Source: Nemertoderma westbladi | Taxonomy: Eukaryota > Animalia > Xenacoelomorpha | Assembly: GCA_032718475.1 (NCBI GenBank) | Contig: JAUCBJ010008921.1 | Coordinates: 1 to 62,680 of the forward strand | Length of the DNA stretch: 62,680 bases | Direction of reading: 5' to 3' | Notes under the pieces: generated by a model | The model's database searches: none | Seen by the model: the letters and a program-made list of their open reading frames with translations, nothing else | Told to the model about the DNA's origin: nothing | Shown here: piece by piece, positions 44,001 through 58,000 of the stretch | Position numbering within the stretch: position 1 is the first letter of the stretch | Layout of the letters: the number at the start of each line of letters is the position of its first letter | Position numbers and translations under genes: made by a program

Positions 44001-45276
44001 ACAATACAATAGAATGCGTTATGTTAATGAGTTTTTACAATATTCAACAATAAAACACCGCAGAAAAACAAACATAAACAATAAAACTTACCATTTTAAG
44101 TAGAAGTCGCCTCCTGGATATATTTTGGTTGATAACCAAACCGTATTTGATTACGATGAACAATATTTTCTTATTAAATAGAAACCAAATTTTTATAAAA
44201 TGAATACAAAATTAATATAAAATTGTAAAACGGATAATTGAAATCTACGTCACCATCTTGTTTTCTGCAATAATTATTACAAAACATTAATTAAGTTAAT
44301 CTAATAATATTACATTGAAACAATATGAATCACTGTGTGTATAATAATGTAAATAATAATATCTCATAAGTACATTGTAGATCATAAATAATTGAAATTG
44401 TAACTAATAATAATAGAATTGGTTTATAAGTTGATTATTGGTCTTCTTCTCTAACATAATTATTATGTTTTAATTAACTCTATTTTTACTCCAAAATATC
44501 TCGATATTATTTACCGCGAACGACATATTTTAATCTCACTTCATAGTTTAAAATACCTGCAGTGAGACACTGATGGAATAAACACGTACCTTTTGATAAC
44601 ACTTATTTTTCTATGAGATACGACTGTTAGTTAATTAATGATATCGTATCATTTATATTAGATATCATTAAGCATAGTTTTACACATTTGAATAACTTAA
44701 TAAACATATAATAAAGAATACCTCAATTACAATAAATGGCCTCATCTCATTACATAGGGACTACAATCCCAACACTTAGGATAGCGACTACAATAAGTAA
44801 AATGGATTAAATGTACAGGATGGTTTAATTAAAACAAGTATAATTTTTTTGGCAATTTAACAAAGTTTTCAGCTTATCCGGTAAGGTATGTTGGCGTCGA
44901 GTTCAAGTACTACAATCACATGTTGTTTGTTATCGACAGTGTAAGGTAATAATTAATTAAAGGCAGTCAGTTTGTACTAACTCATTCATTAACATCAAGG
45001 AATTAGCATATTGTAGCAATAATCGGCTAATTTACCGGAATACACCAAAAGGTCAATAACACAATTACAATTGAATTAGTCTTACAAGACCGTACTAAGG
45101 TGAATAGCCATAGTCAATGTGATGCAAGGTCAATAATCGTAGGTAGTACTTAGAAGGTCAATGTGTACGTACACAAGGTTAGTGTTTACACACAAGGTCA
45201 ATGTTTACTCAATTGTTATCTGGACCCAGTACTGGCAGTAATTTTATGGGTTCTTCCCAATATTTCATGCAATATT

Positions 45277-46890
45277 TAGGAAACAGAGTGGAAGGGTTTA
45301 ATGTGGAAGGTCACCCATGGTGGTGAACAGGCATTCCCTTGGGAAACAGAGTGGAAGGGTTACTGTGGTAGATCACCCATTGTGGCGAACAAGCATTCTT
45401 TTAGAAAAGAGAGTGGAAGGATTTAATGAGGAAGATCATCCATGGTGGTGAACAGGCATTCCTTTAGGAAACATAGTGGAAGGATTTACTGTGGAAGATC
45501 ACCCATGGTGGTGAACGGACATTCCCTTGGGAAACAGAGTGGAAGGGTTTAATGTGGAAGATCACCCATGGTGGTGAACAGGCATTCCCTTGGGAAACAG
45601 AGTGGAAGGGTTACTGTGGTAGATCACCCATGGTGGCGAACAAGCATTCTTTTAGAAAACAGAGTGGAAGGATTTAATGAGGAAGATCATCTATGGTGGT
45701 GAACAGGCATTCCTTTAGGAAACAGAGTGGAAGGGTTTAATGTGATAGATCATCCATGGTGGTGAACAGGCTTTCCTTTAGGAAACAGAGTGGAAGGGTT
45801 TAATGTGGAAGATCACCCATGGTGGTAAACAATCATTCTTTTAGAAAACAGAGTGGAAGGGTTTATTGTGGAAGATCACCCATGGTGGTGAACAGGCTTT
45901 CCTTTAGGAAACAGAGTGGAAGGGTTTAATGTGGAAGATCAACCATGGTGGTGAACAGGCATTCCCTTGGGAAACAGAGTGGAAGGGTTACTGTGGTAGA
46001 TCACCCATGGTGGCGAACAAGCATTCTTTTAGAAAACAGAGTGGAAGAATTTAAGGAGGAAGATCATCCATGGTGGTGAACAGGCAATACTTTAGGAAAC
46101 AGAGTTGTAGTGTTTACTGTGGTAGATCACCCATGGTGGTGAACAGGCATTCCTTTAGGAAACATAGTGGAAGGGTTTAATGAGGAAGATCATCTATGGT
46201 GGTGAACAGGCATTCCTTTAGGAAACAGAGTGGAAGGATTTAATGAGGAAGATCATCTATGGTGGTGAACAGGCAATACTTTAGGAAAGAGAGTGGAAGG
46301 GTTTACTGTGGTAGATCACCCATGGTGGTGACCAGGCATTCCTTTAGGAAACAGAGTGGAAGGGTTTAATGTGATAGATCATCCATGGTGGTGAACAGGC
46401 TTTCCTTTAGGAAACAGAGTGGAAGGGTTTAATGTGGAAGATCACCCATGGTGGTGAACAGGCATTCCCTTGGGAAACAGAGTGGAAGGGTTACTGTGGT
46501 AGATCACCCATGGTGGCGAACAAGCATTCTTTTAGAAAACAGAGTGGAAGAATTTAAGGAGGAAGATCATCCATGGTGGTGAACAGGCAATACTTTAGGA
46601 AACAGAGTTGTAGTGTTTACTGTGGTAGATCACCCATGGTGGTGAACAGGCATTCCTTTAGGAAACATAGTGGAAGGGTTTACTGTGGTAGATCACCTGT
46701 GGTATGGTGGTGAACAGGCATTCCTTTAGGAAACATATTGGAAGGATTTACTGTGGAAGATCACCCATGGTGGTGAACAAGCATTCTTTTAGAAAACAGA
46801 GTGGAAGGATTTAATGAGGAAGATCATTCATGGTGGTGAACAGGCAATCCTTTCGAAAAGAGAGTGGAAGGGTTTACTGTGGTAGATCAG
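45277..46890. repeat. Diverged tandem array, 62-63-bp unit (GGAAACAGAGTGGAAGGGTTTAATGTGGAAGATCACCCATGGTGGTGAACAGGCATTCCTTTA), about 25 copies
   Basis: Directly visible, with several recurring unit variants. Confidence 0.95.
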
Positions 46891-48977
46891 ATAGCTTAGA
46901 TTTCACTGTTAAGATGCGTCGTCATCCATAGCCATAGATGTAATCGAACTTTACGTTATTTAATCAACGTTTTTCCTACCTTCCCGTGAACTGCCTGCCT
47001 TGTTGGTGTAATGTCAAGTTGCCATTATGTGTTGTACAGTCAGTCAAACTGTTGATTACACAATTTTGGTGCAATGATAATAATCATATCATATATATCG
47101 TATCATATATCTTGAATCTGAGGATCTTACAGTTGGCTTGACTTCCATTTTTACCATGGTAATTTTGTTGGGCCAATGTGATTCTCATTGATGAAAGTAA
47201 CCGTAGATTTCGTTCCTACACAATCATACCGCGCCTCACATAAGATTTTGAAAAAGAGAGTGAAGTTGAGTATTATTGGTTTCTTGCTTGCATTGTTGTT
47301 CTTTATATATACATTTCTGAAGCGAATTTCACATCTCAACATTTCTGAATTTGCGAAATATTTGCATTCCATTATTCACATCACCAACATTCTCAATATA
47401 ACAAACACACATTTTATGTATAATAATTCTAATTTTGCAATAACTAATTAGCAAGTCGTAGACAGACTGACTACTGACCTGGAGCAAAATGGCTCTAACG
47501 ATTTTGATGAAATTTTGCATGAAACTAGATAATAGATATATAAGGGTACTTTTGAAATGTTTCAATATAAACGTCTCAACTTTTTTAATTTAGAAACTAA
47601 GAATGAATCTCTCCCTTTGGTTAATAATTCACATCATGTATCAGCACGTCCCAAACCGCAGAGATGTACCTTGTCAAGTTTTAGTAAGACTGGGTTTACC
47701 CACTCACTCTCTCCCAGACAGTAACAGTGAGTTTGTAATCTATTAACACGTTGTAGAATAACTTATTACCAGCTGATAGTTCTTCCCAGCGAATCCTATG
47801 GGAAGATCTACCAGGTTACAATGTTAGGTGGCGGGCCAGCTAAATTTATTCTGCGAGGGTCGGGAACTATTTAACTGTTCTCTACTCAGTGTACTGTAAT
47901 CAGCTCTAATAATAATTGTTGTATTTAAAAACCGAGGACCAACATTAATTAATAATGTTTGTTACAATGAATGACAGCGGTCCAGCCAGATGAATGATCG
48001 CTTAGTTAAGGTATACAGTTAACTGCAGAGGTAGGTGAATGATATTTACGGCTGGAATACTCTCTCTCAGACTGTAAACCAAGCTGTTCAATGGGGAGGG
48101 ACATACATACAGTCCATAGGATATACAACTATCTGTGCTGTTTCAAAAGCAGGCCAGATGAATGATGTTTCGATATACACCAAGGTGGTCTATGAGGACA
48201 ACTGAAATGGTCCATATCATTAATGTTATTTTCGTATAAAATTACAATGTGAAAAGTTAATTTACATTATCAAAAAGTTAATTTACACTATCAAAATATA
48301 ATTTACATCATGAAAAGTTAATTTACATCATCCAATTTACAGCATGAAAACTAAATTTCAGCTTTCTTACTGGTACGGTACATCCGAAGTCTGATGTCTG
48401 ATGATGCAACTGATTCTTGTTCAACGTCAGTTGTTTGTACAGTGCACAATCACACAGTGCCTACTACTACTACTATAATCGGCCTGCTGCATTGAAACTG
48501 CACATTGAGATGCTATGCCAGCTTAACAAAAACATTTGTACCGCCACAACACCCTATCCCCCATGACTTTCGCGAGATTTATTTGTTTTTACAGTACTAG
48601 TTTACAGGCCCGTAGCCAGAATTTTAAAAGGGCGGTTCGTTTTTACCAAAAAAGGGTACTTTTTATTCGTTTAACTAATGAAATATAGGCCTATCCATTG
48701 GTTTAGCCAGTAAAGTAAAGTAAATTTTCTTTGGCTGCAGGCCAGGGATTACGCACAAAGTCTGACGACTTATTTCCAGTGCGGCCCCCCCCCCCCAGAA
48801 CTTTACTTCCCAGAGGAAAGTACTCATTTAGCTACCACTTTAGGATGCAAGGCAGAGATGCGCCCTGGCTGGTCCCTTTAAAGACGACCTACAGGAGATG
48901 TGAATTTAATGCAACCACTACACCAAGGTGGAACCAGAGCATACTGGCATAATTAAGGTATGAGTAGGGTGGGGGTC

Positions 48978-50480
48978 TACTACTACTACTGTAATCGACC
49001 TGCTGCATTGAAACTGAACATTGAGATGCTATACCGCTATACCGGTTTAAACAAGTATTTTGTCACCACCATGCAATCCACAATTGGCAAGGCCAATGCA
49101 GCGTTCATTAAGAATGCTGTGGCCGCCAGCATATCAACACATATGCACCGCCACAACACCCTATCCTCCACGACTTTCGCAAGATTATACGCATCTTCAA
49201 GGGCTTTAGAAGGCGTCTCACGAAATTCATGGAATATCTACCATGCTTATTTTCTCCATGGGGCTGCCAAAACACAAGATTGTGCACTGCACACGCTGGT
49301 CCTACCGTCGAAAACAATCTCCTGCAAAACAGAGGCGGCTTTGTTCTAGTGTGGACCAACGTTGGGGGATCCAATGAGACACCTCCAATGTTATATAGTT
49401 TCTGGTGGGAGATGTGTGCATTGTACTTGACACAGTTAACCCGACGTAGCATTCTTGTGAATGTGCCATCCAGATATTTGGTATCCTGCATGAGCAGAGC
49501 CTAGCATGTCTAAATACTTAGACTTTAAGTGATGAATTCTGTGTGACTGCCATATCCTGGAAAGCCCATTCAATGCTGCCCATGCCTTTCCCTTACGTAT
49601 TCGAAGATCCCAGGTAACAGAAGTCGTTCACATGCTCAAGCATAACATCCTTTGAGCTTATGCTCATCCGATCAGATATTTGCTGAGGACTTTCAAAGTT
49701 AACTGTCAAAATGATGGTCTGTTTGTAGTTATTAAAAATACTAACACTAGAAGCAGCCTGTTCTAATGAGCTGAGGAGACGTTGGAATCCCTGCCGCCTC
49801 TAGTGATTCTGGGAGTACTCCTAAGTCATCAGCAAAGTCTATATCAGTTAGGTACTTTGCAGGATTTCCTCGACTTCTGGAGCCAGTAGGTGGAGTTATC
49901 ATCACCCCATCATCATTATGATGATCTAAGGACATGCGTAGAACAGTGAACGAGAGACTTGTTTTTTGATAACTTTTCACATATCCTTATAAGTGATAAA
50001 ATGGGCTCCATGGTCCCACGACCTTTACGGAACCCATTCTGATTTCCACGGAGCAGTCTCTCAATGAGATCCCTGTTGCGATTTAAAATAATTATGTTAT
50101 ATAGCTTTGCAGCAATCGAGATCAATGATATTCCCCGAAAATAACCATAGTGTTAGGTTGCCCTTCTTGGGAACTGGCACCAACTTATTTGTTTCATTTC
50201 CTGAGGGACTCTTGTTGTTCTGTTCATGTCTACAATGATGGGATAAATGAGCTTCAAACACTCATCTATTTTAAAGACCTCAGGGGGAACACCATCTACT
50301 CCACTGGCACGATTGGTCTTAATGTTTTTTGCGCATTCACTTCTGCAAAGGCGATATCGCCAATGGGAATATCTGGGAATACAGACCCAGACACTTTTAC
50401 TTCTATAAAGTTATCAAGCAATACCCTGTCATTATTGAGGAGCTTTTCAAAGTGGGCCTTCCAACCATTATTGAGGCAAT
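48978..50480 (-). mobile_element. 5'-truncated, decayed RTE-like LINE with (TAG)n tail; a second short 3'-end copy lies at ~48461-48580
   Basis: ISIAAKLYNIIILNR...LRGNQNGFRKGRGTMEPI, PPTGSRSRGNPAKYLTDIDFADDL (RT FADD) and LDGTFTRMLRRV. Both 3' ends share ctactactacta..taatcg.cctgctgcattgaaactg. Closely related to 11330-13380. Confidence 0.85.
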
Positions 50481-53400
50481 TTGCTGGTGAATCTGCCTTA
50501 ACGTTGGTGGTGGGTTGGCTTTTCCGCCCATCAGGTAGGGTGGACCAGTCCCCGGCAGTGAGAGTACCATGTGCGAATGGGTAAGCGGAAACAATGTGGG
50601 GGGGGGGGGGATGTTTAATTATCAATTAACGATCAGGTTACAGTTCCACGTTATTATAATCAAAACAATAAACGAAAGTCAATAGAACAGATTATAGTTA
50701 TATTTTTCAACCGCTGTCAACCGCTGTTATTTGCGTCGGTTGGCCGATTTTATTGCATCCGGAGACCACCCGGAGACCACTGGAGGGGGATGGATTTTTA
50801 TTGTTGCGTCCTGATACCACCCTACTTCGGTATGCGAGTCTCAACTAATAGCCAACCAGACGGAGGAGCAAGAAGTTACGGAAGAACGGAAGGAAGAAGA
50901 GCATAAAATTAATTCAAATTTCTCTTAATTTCTCAATTTAAATGAATTATGTTGTTTTGAGTTGTGAAATTAAATAATCTTACAGTCAATGTACAATTGA
51001 TTAGTGTTATTGTGCACTCCTTCTTTTTTTTTTACAACGTGGCGGCTTTTTTACCAAGTTTCCCGCCTTAGTTTTTAAAATATTAAACATATCCAGTACG
51101 TAATTAATAAACTATAAACCAAAGAAACACAGTTAATAAAAACTAATAATTATTAATAACTAAGTATTATTTATTACGTCAGGCTCTTAACAGTATATTC
51201 TTTCAAACGTGAGATAATAATTTAATTTAATAACTTAATATACTAATTTTAAATAAATGATATACTTGATAATTTTATATTAAAATGTTGAATGTTATAA
51301 ATTAATCACAATATCAATGTATTCAGTTATGGATAGACTAATTTACTCGGATTAATTTCTTATTCAGGAGTTCCAGAGTAAATAAATGGGGACAACAGGT
51401 GGCATATAAAGAAAGGGTTTACTTTACAGAAAGCAAACTTTATTCTAAGCGATAACGGTTGTGACGTTGTGGAGGGCGTGACGTAATGATTGATTCAAAC
51501 ATGAGTAATCGAATGTATCTAGATCTTAGTGATAAGCGAGGAGGTATTTGTGATGTAAGATACGAGTGGTAATTAGTAACTGAATTGAGTAAATTTAAAT
51601 AAATATGATTTAATCTTCTAAGAACATGTTTATTTTCAAACAGAAGGGTTTTACTGCACCAACACCACTAATAACGAGTAATTTCTACAATGTATTAGGC
51701 CTAGGCTATAAACACACAACATAAAACTTGATTAATTTCATTTTCCTCTTGGTCTGAAACCTATTAGCAAACATCAACCTCAAAATATAATTTCTGAATC
51801 TAAAATAATGGGGTGTGTGAGTATTTCTAGAGCTGTTTAATGTATTAACAATGTATATTCTGGACCTACATAAATATAGGATGATTCAGCTACTCCTCGC
51901 ACTTCGAACCTCAGTTAACTATACTGGGTGTAAGGATGGAATAATTCTAGAACCTGAACTTTACTCCTGGAAACTTTATGATGTTTTAGTAATAACTATT
52001 TACATATTTTTACTTGTGTGTTAAGTTGTGAGTAACAAATTAACATTTGCTGATCCGAATGTTTTGCTCCACAAAGGAAAGTAGTGAATGGGTGAGTGTA
52101 AATAATTCCGCGAGTATTATAACACTGTAAAGTAGTTTGCAACATGTATGTATTTAGTTTTATTCTAAAATTGTTACTTTAAGAAACAACGCCGAAACGA
52201 AACCGAATGAAAATTAAATTTTTAAATTTCCATTTGCAAGTTTCAGGCTCAAGTTCGGTAATTAAATAAAGTACTTGTAGAGGGATGTATAGTCAAAGTC
52301 TACAATATATATTTTGAGCGTACAGCTGTAATACGATATGTTGTCCTCTGGAGATATTATACTGAGCTACATAAACAACTAGCTGTTAATAATAACTGCG
52401 TAATGTTGAAGTAAAGTTGAAATTTTTGAATATTACCGATGTGTAAAACAAACATACGTGTAATATTATATATTATGATCCCTCACGATGATAGTGGATG
52501 GTACTCGTAGTCTTTCAAATATTAAATTGTCAGGTTTTTCGATTGGCTATGGGAATTGGCATGGATTATTGTGAGTTACACAAAACATCTGTTTTACGTA
52601 TTAAGAGTGCCGAAAGGGTGCAGCATCTTTCAGGACTCCTCGAAACAGCGCTAAATTTTGGTGTAACTAAGTTAAAATCCAGAATTAAAAGTACTTTTTA
52701 CCGTATTGGTTGTATTTACCACATGCTTTTATAGTTAGTAGACAAAGTTGATTAAAATTTAATATAATATGTAATATTTTATGTAATTATACATTACTTG
52801 TTTATACTGTTTAGGTCATTAAGTATTTAAAGCAAGTAGGTTTAATATACCACATTATATCTCCATTTTGTTTGATAAAATAGCACAATAAAACTGTAAA
52901 CAAGCCCTAAATATATGTTTTAAGACTGTGCAAAACTTTACAATGCTACTGAACCTAATGCTTGTATTTGCTCTATGGTTGTTACGATAACCTCAACAGA
53001 CAAATCCTCAAGTTCTGGCCATCAACTAGCAAACTATACCGGTACACGCACCAGCATACGCTAAATCAGGCAACATCTTCAGCTCTGGATGGATGCATTT
53101 TTCAATAAGAGGAGTAAAAATGAATATACTTTTATGCTCTATCAATTCCTATATAATAAACTTGAGAAATTTCACCAATAATAATAACTACAAAAGTTTT
53201 TAAAAGAGATTTGTAATGTTATAATTTGTTCTACAATAATTGTAACATTCTTGTTGCAAAGTACTTTACAGCGTTCTGAACCTCATACGGTATACTTGGG
53301 TGTAAACACTAGCTCATTACTACATTACAAACCATTCAGATTAGCTCACTGCAAAGTGCTAACTCCATAAACAGCTGAAATATGTAAAATGAAAGCATGA

Positions 53401-53566
53401 TATAAATAACTATTTTGTAAATGATAATTTCTCGTTGATCAAGATATTTATATATTTTATTTCATTTATATAATTTGGCGAGCGCGTTTTAGTGAAAGAG
53501 GTAATTTATACATCAAAAGGTGATACGCGAAAAAATCGATGCAAGTCATTATATTCTTAACATTGC

Positions 53567-54996
53567 CTAATTTCCTCTCGAAATCCCTCCCTCCTGGTCT
53601 AAAAAGAAGTAGGAGTCGCTCATTATCCCGTACCACGTTGCTGTTCGGTTCGGCAGAACCCCCCCCCCCCCCAGGTTGTGTCGGTGTCGGTGTCGTTGTC
53701 CTGGTTTGGTGTTGCCTCCGCCGTCGTCGCTACTGAAGTCTGGCGACGACCCGCTATATCGTCGATATTTTTCCCTCATTGTCGATGGCGGGTTTCTCTC
53801 CTCTTCTTTACTCGTCTTTATAGAAGGTGATATCTGATAGCACCTGAACCCTGTGGTATCAAGGTACTTTTTCCCCGAAAAATATATTCTTATCTATTTA
53901 TATGGGAGGGAGTATTGATCTCCCGGCGGGATTAAAATAAGAGCGGGTTAAAAAGGCAACATTGTGAAGAATAATACAAATAATGTCTTTACATTTAGCC
54001 TTTTGACCTTTTTCACGTTAAAGAATGATGTCACTTTTTATAAATTGGGTTGATCATGAGAGAAAATAGTGAACTCTATTATGTAAAAGCATCACGTTTC
54101 ATATGATACCAGCTAACACTTATTATATAGTTCCTGGAATACAAGTTCAATAATTACTGCAAATATACTCAATTAATTTTTGAATCTGGTGCTTTTGTTA
54201 GAGATTCGTTTATTTCATGATAATTAAAAGAATTACAGAGATTATTCACATTATTGATTTGAGATTTGTTTGAATATTTATTCTTACATTAATTTATGTT
54301 TTTCAGTTTGATGCTAATATGTTTCATACCAATAATAATGTGAATAATATATTATATTCACCCGTAATAGATATAGTATTTACGTAGTAAATTGTCCCTA
54401 GAATGTATGAACATACGATATATATATATTATTGATTTTTAGATAAAGTTAAAATAATAATCTTTCAGTTTGTTTTCGATTATCTACACCGTGGGAGTAG
54501 CAACAGAGGTCATATAGGCGTAACCAACACCCAGAGCTGTGGCAACAGTGAGAGTTAGAGCGACAACCACACCCACTTCTATCGGACTGCAATATAATTT
54601 GAAAATCGTTAGAACTTGTTACTTTAACTGTATGGTGAGTGTATGTATGTATGTTTGTATGTTTATGACACGACATGCCTCGATCCCACACCGGAATGTA
54701 AAGAAAATATTTGGAATATTATTATCGAGGTGCTGACATTGCAGACTTGACTGACAGTCACATTGTCTTACCGCAAAAACAATTTAAAACAAATATACTT
54801 ATTTGCCTGTCCTTCACCATTTTATTGAAAATTATTGTTATAATTATATTTATAATAATTTATGGTTAAAATGAGAATTGAATATATTTACAACAATATT
54901 ACTAATTCGCTTTTAATTCATTATTTATCATAACTAACCTCCATTGCCATGATACTTGTTCTGGTGGCGGAGTTTCTATTGGCGTTGTATCATCGT
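53567..54996 (-). CDS. Probable last two coding exons (54939-54996 and 53567-53843) of an unidentified gene entering from beyond the right edge
   Basis: tttttattcag|AC...TGGAG|GTTAGT joins in phase to ttcag|GTGC..., giving DDTTPIETPPPEQVSWQWRCYQISPSIKTSKEEERNPPSTMREKYRRYSGSSPDF.... These are GC-richer islands in AT-rich DNA. No domain recognised. Confidence 0.5.
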
Positions 54997-55039
54997 CTGA
55001 ATAAAAAATAAAAAATTCAATTAATTAGTGTAACGAAGC

Positions 55040-58000
55040 TAACTAAGCTTTATGTAGGGTAGTTCATACGTTATAACGAAGCTATCTCTATGTAGGGTAG
55101 CTCATACGTTATAACGAAGCTGTCTCTATGTAGGGCAGTTCATACGTTATAACGAAGCTATCTCTATGTAGGGTAGCTCATACGTTAGAACGAAGCTGTC
55201 TCTATGTAGGGTAGCTCATACGTTATAACGAAGCTCTCTTTATGTAGGGTAGCTCATACGTTATAACGAAGCTGTCTTTATGTAGGGTAGCTCATACGTT
55301 ATAACGAAGCTGTCTTTATGTAGGGTAGCTCATACGTTATAACGAAGCTTCTCTATGTAGGGTAGCTCATACGTTATAACGAAGCTGTCTTTATGTAGGG
55401 TAGCTCATACGTTATAACGAAGCTGTCTCTATGTAGGGTAGCTCATACGTTATAACGAAGCTGTCTCTATGTAGGGTAGCTCATACGTTATAACGAAGCC
55501 GTCTTTATGTAGGGTAGCTCATACGTTATAACGAAGCTGTCTCTATGTAGGGTAGCTCATACGTTATAACGAAGCTCTCTTTATGTAGGGTAGCTCATAC
55601 GTTATAACGAAGCTGTCTTTGTGTAGGGTAGCTCATACGTTATAACGAAGCTGTCTCTATGTAGGGTAGCTCATACGTTATAACGAAGCTCTCTTTATGT
55701 AGGGTAGTTCATACGTTATAACGAAGCTATCTCTATGTAGGGTAGCTCATACGTTAGAACGAAGCTGTCTCTATGTAGGGTAGCTCATACGTTATAACGA
55801 AGCTCTCTTTATGTAGGGTAGCTCATACGTTAGAACGAAGCTGTCTCTATGTAGGGTAGCTCATACGTTATAACGAAGCTGTCTCTATGTAGGGTAGCTC
55901 ATACGTTATAACGAAGCTCTCTTTATGTAGGGTAGCTCATACGTTATAACGAAGCTCTCTTTATGTAGGGAAGCTCATACGTTATAACGAAGCTCTCTTT
56001 ATGTAGGGTAGCTCATACGTTATAACGAAGCTGTCTCTATGTAGGGTAGTTCATACGTTATAACGAAGCTATCTCTATGTAGGGTAGCTCATACGTTAGA
56101 ACGAAGCTGTCTTTATGTAGGGTAGCTCATACGTTATAACGAAGCTGTCTCTATGTAGGGTAGCTCATACGTTATAACGAAGCTATCTCTATGTAGGGTA
56201 GTTCATACGTTATAACGAAGCTATCTCTATGTAGGGTAGCTCATACGTTAGAACGAAGCTGTCTTTATGTAGGGTAGCTCATACGTTATAACGAAGCTGT
56301 CTCTATGTAGGGTAGCTCATCCGTTATAACGAAGCTGTCTCTATGTAGGGTAGCTCATACGTTATAACGAAGCTGTCTCTATATAGGGTAGCTCATACGT
56401 TATAACGAAGCTGTCTCTATGTAGGGTAGCTCATACGTTATAACGAAGCTGTCTCTATGTAGGGTAGCTCATACGTTATAACGAAGCTGTCTCTATATAG
56501 GGTAGCTCATACGTTATAACGAAGCTGTCTCTATGTAGGGTAGCTCATACGTTATAACGAAGCTGTCTTTATGTAGGGTAGCTCATACGTTATAACGAAG
56601 CTCTCTATGTAGGGTAGCTCATACGTTATAACGAAGCTGTCTTTATGTAGGGTAGCTCATACGTTATAACGAAGCTGTCTCTATGTAGGGTAGCTCATAC
56701 GTTATAACGAAGCTGTCTTTATGTAGGGTAGCTCATACGTTATAACGAAGCTGTCTTTATGTAGGGTAGCTCATACGTTATAACGAAGCTGTCTTTATGT
56801 AGGGTAGCTCATACGTTATAACGAAGCTGTCTTTATGTAGGGTAGCTCATACGTTATAACGAAGCTGTCTTTATGTAGGGTAGCTCATACGTTATAACGA
56901 AGCTGTCTTTATGTAGGGTAGCTCATACGTTATAACGAAGCTGTCTTTATGTAGGGTAGCTCATACGTTATAACGAAGCTTCTCTATGTAGGGTAGCTCA
57001 TACGTTATAACGAAGCTGTCTTTATGTAGGGTAGCTCATACGTTATAACGAAGCTGTCTCTATGTAGGGTAGCTCATACGTTATAACGAAGCTGTCTCTA
57101 TGTAGGGTAGCTCATACGTTATAACGAAGCCGTCTTTATGTAGGGTAGCTCATACGTTATAACGAAGCTGTCTCTATGTAGGGTAGCTCATACGTTATAA
57201 CGAAGCTCTCTTTATGTAGGGTAGCTCATACGTTATAACGAAGCTGTCTTTGTGTAGGGTAGCTCATACGTTATAACGAAGCTGTCTCTATGTAGGGTAG
57301 CTCATACGTTATAACGAAGCTCTCTTTATGTAGGGTAGTTCATACGTTATAACGAAGCTATCTCTATGTAGGGTAGCTCATACGTTAGAACGAAGCTGTC
57401 TCTATGTAGGGTAGCTCATACGTTATAACGAAGCTCTCTTTATGTAGGGTAGCTCATACGTTAGAACGAAGCTGTCTCTATGTAGGGTAGCTCATACGTT
57501 ATAACGAAGCTGTCTCTATGTAGGGTAGCTCATACGTTATAACGAAGCTCTCTTTATGTAGGGTAGCTCATACGTTATAACGAAGCTCTCTTTATGTAGG
57601 GTAGCTCATACGTTATAACGAAGCTCTCTTTATGTAGGGTAGCTCATACGTTATAACGAAGCTGTCTCTATGTAGGGTAGTTCATACGTTATAACGAAGC
57701 TATCTCTATGTAGGGTAGCTCATACGTTAGAACGAAGCTGTCTTTATGTAGGGTAGCTCATACGTTATAACGAAGCTGTCTCTATGTAGGGTAGCTCATA
57801 CGTTATAACGAAGCTATCTCTATGTAGGGTAGTTCATACGTTATAACGAAGCTATCTCTATGTAGGGTAGCTCATACGTTAGAACGAAGCTGTCTTTATG
57901 TAGGGTAGCTCATACGTTATAACGAAGCTGTCTCTATGTAGGGTAGCTCATCCGTTATAACGAAGCTGTCTCTATGTAGGGTAGCTCATACGTTATAACG

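Noticed and set aside
44085-44160. Possible upstream Slp exon ending ATG|GTAAGT
   Set aside because: The donor is good, but the ATG would be out of frame with the 39861 exon and nothing else supports it; at most a 5'-UTR exon.
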